Shown here piece by piece: positions 59,682-64,000 of a stretch of 64,000 bases of DNA; the first letter of the stretch is position 1; each line of letters opens with the position of its first letter. The translations under genes were made by a program, and so were the position numbers. A model generated the notes under the pieces. It was not told the origin of the DNA. It made no database searches and saw nothing but the letters and a program-made list of their open reading frames with translations. Source of the DNA: Chrysomallon squamiferum (taxonomy: Eukaryota; Animalia; Mollusca); contig CM022679.1 in the NCBI GenBank assembly GCA_012295275.1, positions 27,838,001-27,902,000 of the forward strand. Direction: 5' to 3'.

Positions 59682-60350
59682 TCATACATAATACATACAT
59701 AATACATACATAATACATACATTATACATACATAATACATACACAATACATACATAATACATACATAATACATACACAATACATACATAATACACACATA
59801 ATACATACATAATACATACATTCATACATAATACATACACAATACATACATAATACATACATTCATACATAATACATACATAATACATACATAATACATA
59901 CATAATACATACATAATACATACATAATACACACATAATACACACATAATACATACACAATACATACATAATACATACATAATACATACATAATACACAC
60001 ATAATACATACATAATACATACATAATACATACATAATACACACATAATACATACATAATACATACATAATACATACATAATACATACATAATAATACAT
60101 AATACATACATAATACATAATACATAATACATACACAATACATACATAATACATACATAATACACATAATACACACATAATACATACACAATACATACAC
60201 AATACATACATAATACATACACAATACATACATAATACACACATAATACATACATAATACATACATAATACACACATAATACACACATAATACACACATA
60301 ATACATACATAATACACACATAATACACACATAATACATACATTATACAT
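59682..60350. repeat. 11-bp minisatellite (acataatacat / acataatacac / acacaatacat), ~60 copies
   Basis: Seen directly; source of the YYVCIMYVLCM ORFs. Confidence 0.95.
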
Positions 60351-61435
60351 CTACGAATCCGTACACCCTCCCTTCATTCGTCTGTTTCCTTGATTAACAC
60401 AGATGTACAGAAGCTGCTGTTTTGTTTCATACAGGATATATTTGTGAGTATGTGTTTGTGCGTATGTACGTATGTATGTATGTATGAACTGTAAAAGAGT
60501 TCACATACAAATGTGTATGTGTGTGTGTGTATGTATGAACTGTAAAAAGGTTCACCTACAAATGTGTATATATGTATGCATGAACTGTAAAAGAGTTCAC
60601 ATAGACATATGTATGTATATATGTATGTGTGTATGTATGTGTGTATGTATGTATGTGTATATGTATGTATATATTTGTGTATGTATCTAAATATATATAT
60701 ATATGCATTATGTATATGTATATGTATGTATATATTTGTGTACGTATGTAAATATATATATATATATATATGTATTATGTATGTATGTGTATGTGTATGA
60801 ACTGTAAAAGAGTTCATATACAAATGTGTCTTGCTGGGGTCAGCTGTATTTGCTGTGTCAGGCGACGCAGTAAGATTATCGATAGTGATTAATGGCTGGA
60901 GATTCTGCAGCGGAAAACTCTTACTTCGGAGACTTTTTCTCTGACGATGTCGTCTGCACGCAAACACTGCATGAAACGAGACACTTGTAAAACATCGATA
61001 GAGACGACTGCCTCACACTGCATACTGTCAGTTTGAGTTTACTGTCTTTCAGACTCGCCTGATAACTCCAGCTAATTTACGTATTCACCTAAACAAAGAC
61101 GCACGCAAATTAACAGTCAAGCATGTAAGAAGACACTTGTGTATGCGTCTTCAAAAATTATAAGTTTTGCACGTGTTTGATTATGGTCGTCTTCTGCATA
61201 AAAACGTGTGAGTGTGTTTGTATGATTACACTGGGTTTGTATTATACACTTATGTATCTGAGCAAATGTCTTTGTACGTGGGTAAAACGTGCAATTTATG
61301 ATTTATGAAACGTTTAATTCTTGATTCCAGTCAGTACTGAAGAATAATTGTCTGACTGACATAATCTACCAAACGTTGTTCTAATGCTGGAGGTCTGTGC
61401 AAAATATCAGTTTTAATACTTACGTATATGCATGC

Positions 61436-61454
61436 ATACATACATACATACATA

Positions 61455-61486
<32 letters not shown>

Positions 61487-61595
61487 CATACATACATACA
61501 TACATACATACATACATACATACATACATACATACATACATACATACATACATACACACACATATAAACATACATACACACAGACACACACACAC
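61436..61595. repeat. (TACA)n microsatellite
   Basis: Seen directly. Confidence 0.9.
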
Positions 61596-61902
61596 TCTGA
61601 GAAACCTCACACAACTCATTCTGTTAATATTTGAGACAAAGATAACAGGAGGTGGGGTATAACAGAAGTTATATTTAGAAAGAAAAGAAAAAAGATGTTT
61701 ACAGAGTATATAATTACACCCCCCCCCCCAAGTAACAGACATCATATTTGAGAAATCTTTAATAACAAATCAAGCCAACAAAAGCCTTTCTCCGGAAGCG
61801 AAGCTGCTAAAAATTTGGTGTATCAAAAATTATCGATTTGTGATTATCAGCTTACACACTTAAGTGTGACGCCTACGCGTTTTAATATGCGAAAATATGA
61901 GT

Positions 61903-61935
61903 AAATAATACTAATAATACTACTACTACTACTAC

Positions 61936-62027
<92 letters not shown>

Positions 62028-62205
62028 ATAATAATAATAATATTAATAATAATGATAATAATAATAATATTATTAATATTAATAATAATGATAATAATAA
62101 TAATAATAATATTAATAATAATGATAATGATAATAATAATAATTATTATAATACTACTGCTACTACTAATAATAATGATTATGATAATGATGATGATAAT
62201 GCGAT
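61903..62205. repeat. (AAT)n-rich trinucleotide tract
   Basis: Seen directly. Confidence 0.9.
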
Positions 62206-62689
62206 GATGTTGATGGCAACAAGAACACACGTTTAAATGAAATTCAAAAATATTTTATCTTATTTAAGTTAATACAAATCTGAATAATAATAATTAAAAA
62301 ATGCCTTTAAAATAATAAATCAATTAATTTTATTTAAAAAAAGAAGAAAATAATAAAGGATAAAGGAAAGAGAAATAAGAGATAACAAGAAGTAAAATCT
62401 TTCAAGTCTAATTTCTGTCATATCCAGGTTAGTTTCCTAAATTATTTTACTTGAGTGAAAATGAATACGAAATAAGAATAACTAAGACAAAGAAAAGACA
62501 CACAAAAAACGAAAAGGAAAACAAGTTGTTTGAAAGATAACAATATATTAGATAGATACAAGTTATTAACAATTTTTCTTGTTTTTGTGATACGCTTTCT
62601 TCCTGTTTTTAAAAAGAAAATGTCTTGTTATTGATTTTTCACTAAGTTTAACTTGCTGTCATTTAATTTGCTTGTAATTGTGCTATTCG

Positions 62690-62830
62690 AGAAACGTGCT
62701 ATAAGTCGAATTCGAGTATTGTGTTTCATATGAAAAACGTGTAAGCGAATTCGAGTAATGTGTTTCATACGAAAATAATTAAGTCGAATTCGAGTACTGT
62801 GTTTCATACGAAACATGTGTAAGCCGAACT
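62690..62830. repeat. ~39-bp tandem repeat (taagtcgaattcgagtattgtgtttcatacgaaa), ~3.5 copies, each with the palindrome cgaattcg
   Basis: Seen directly. Confidence 0.85.
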
Positions 62831-63061
62831 GACGGGAAGAAAAAAAATGTTTTATTACAAGTTATCAGTGATTACAAAAAAATAAAATATATTTAAATAA
62901 GAAACCAGAAGAAACTAAGATACATAGATACATACGTATATACAAACACACATACATACATACATAAATATTAACACATGTATATACATACACACACACG
63001 CACACACACCAACACACACATATCTATATGTAGATATAAACATAGATATATAGATGTGTGT

Positions 63062-63132
<71 letters not shown>

Positions 63133-64000
63133 CATTGTTTCAGATTTCTCAGAAGAGTTAGTTACGTATACATTTACGGCTCAGTTTGAAATGTCAGATT
63201 GGACGAGTTCGGGCACAAAGATCTTGCTAAAATATTTGATTTTCGAGAAGGTTCTCGACATTTCAAAATGAAAAGGTCGTCCAGGCGCACGCTGCAGCCG
63301 CCGCCGTGGAGGTCGCAGATTCCGCCAATTTGTAATAATGGCGGTCTTTGCACATCCTACGTTGTAATGCTTCTTCTCGCCTCCAGCAAGAAAAAAGATT
63401 TTGGTGAAAAAAATGAGTCACGACATGCAGCCTATAAAACCTGTCAATTCCTGTCATTGTAAAGAAAAAAAAAGTAATGCAAGAGAGAAAAAAAAATTGC
63501 ACTTTTTGTGTCAATTAAAATATTCAGATACACTTATTAGTATATTTGAAATGAAGACACACGCACACACATACACACGTATCGACACAAGTGCGTCACA
63601 TTAGCGCAGATTATAATGCATAATGTAGACTTAATATGTCGCGTACAAGTATAATTATGTAACAATTATGTACGGTGCAGTTAAATGAACAATCTTAGAC
63701 TATTTACTTTTTGTTAGTTATTTGACATTTTTAAGTTTTCAAATGAGGATGCCAGACATTATATATATATATATATATATAGGAAGAAATAAGCAGTTCG
63801 TCAACATGCGAGACGTATAATTATATAACGTTTAACAACGTGTTGAAGGGCACTGACTGGAACGGGAATTATTGTTTTAAAATACATTCTGGTTCAAAGT
63901 GATGATAATATAATCGTACTGAGTTGTTTTATTGGCTGTTTCTCTGTGTTTTTGCACGCTGTCTTAAACGTGAATTAAATATGTCTCCAGTAACAGGACG

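Noticed and set aside
59630-60350. Long Cys/Tyr/Met-rich ORFs (up to 222 aa)
   Set aside because: Translations of an 11-bp tandem repeat.
60484-60830. CRISPR-like palindromic repeat/spacer pattern
   Set aside because: Eukaryotic context, no cas genes, and spacers are microsatellites of very unequal length.

Overview
AT-rich, microsatellite-rich animal genomic DNA. It looks like an invertebrate bilaterian, possibly a mollusc, but that is inferred from composition only. The first ~17 kb holds two complete spliced genes arranged head-to-head with only 445 bp between their start codons. WBP11 is on the minus strand (14 coding exons, 2231-8250, 605 aa) and B9D1 is on the plus strand (6 coding exons, 8696-16494, 205 aa). 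I rebuilt both by hand; all introns are GT-AG and all phases are consistent. The most unusual structure is a 98-bp tandem array in WBP11 intron 9 that copies the 3' end of exon 9 with its splice donor six extra times. Each intact copy could in principle form an in-frame 42-nt cassette exon just upstream of the PP1-docking motif. From ~18 kb to the end I recognise no protein-coding gene. CpG content rises abruptly there, and the region is a mosaic of microsatellites, more than a dozen unrelated minisatellites, degenerate mobile-element traces and short CpG-rich islets with transcription-factor-like motifs, including a candidate promoter and first exon near 53.9-54.1 kb. Nearly all ORFs in the supplied track outside the two genes are simple-repeat artefacts. 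I found no firm evidence of a wholly new multi-gene system.
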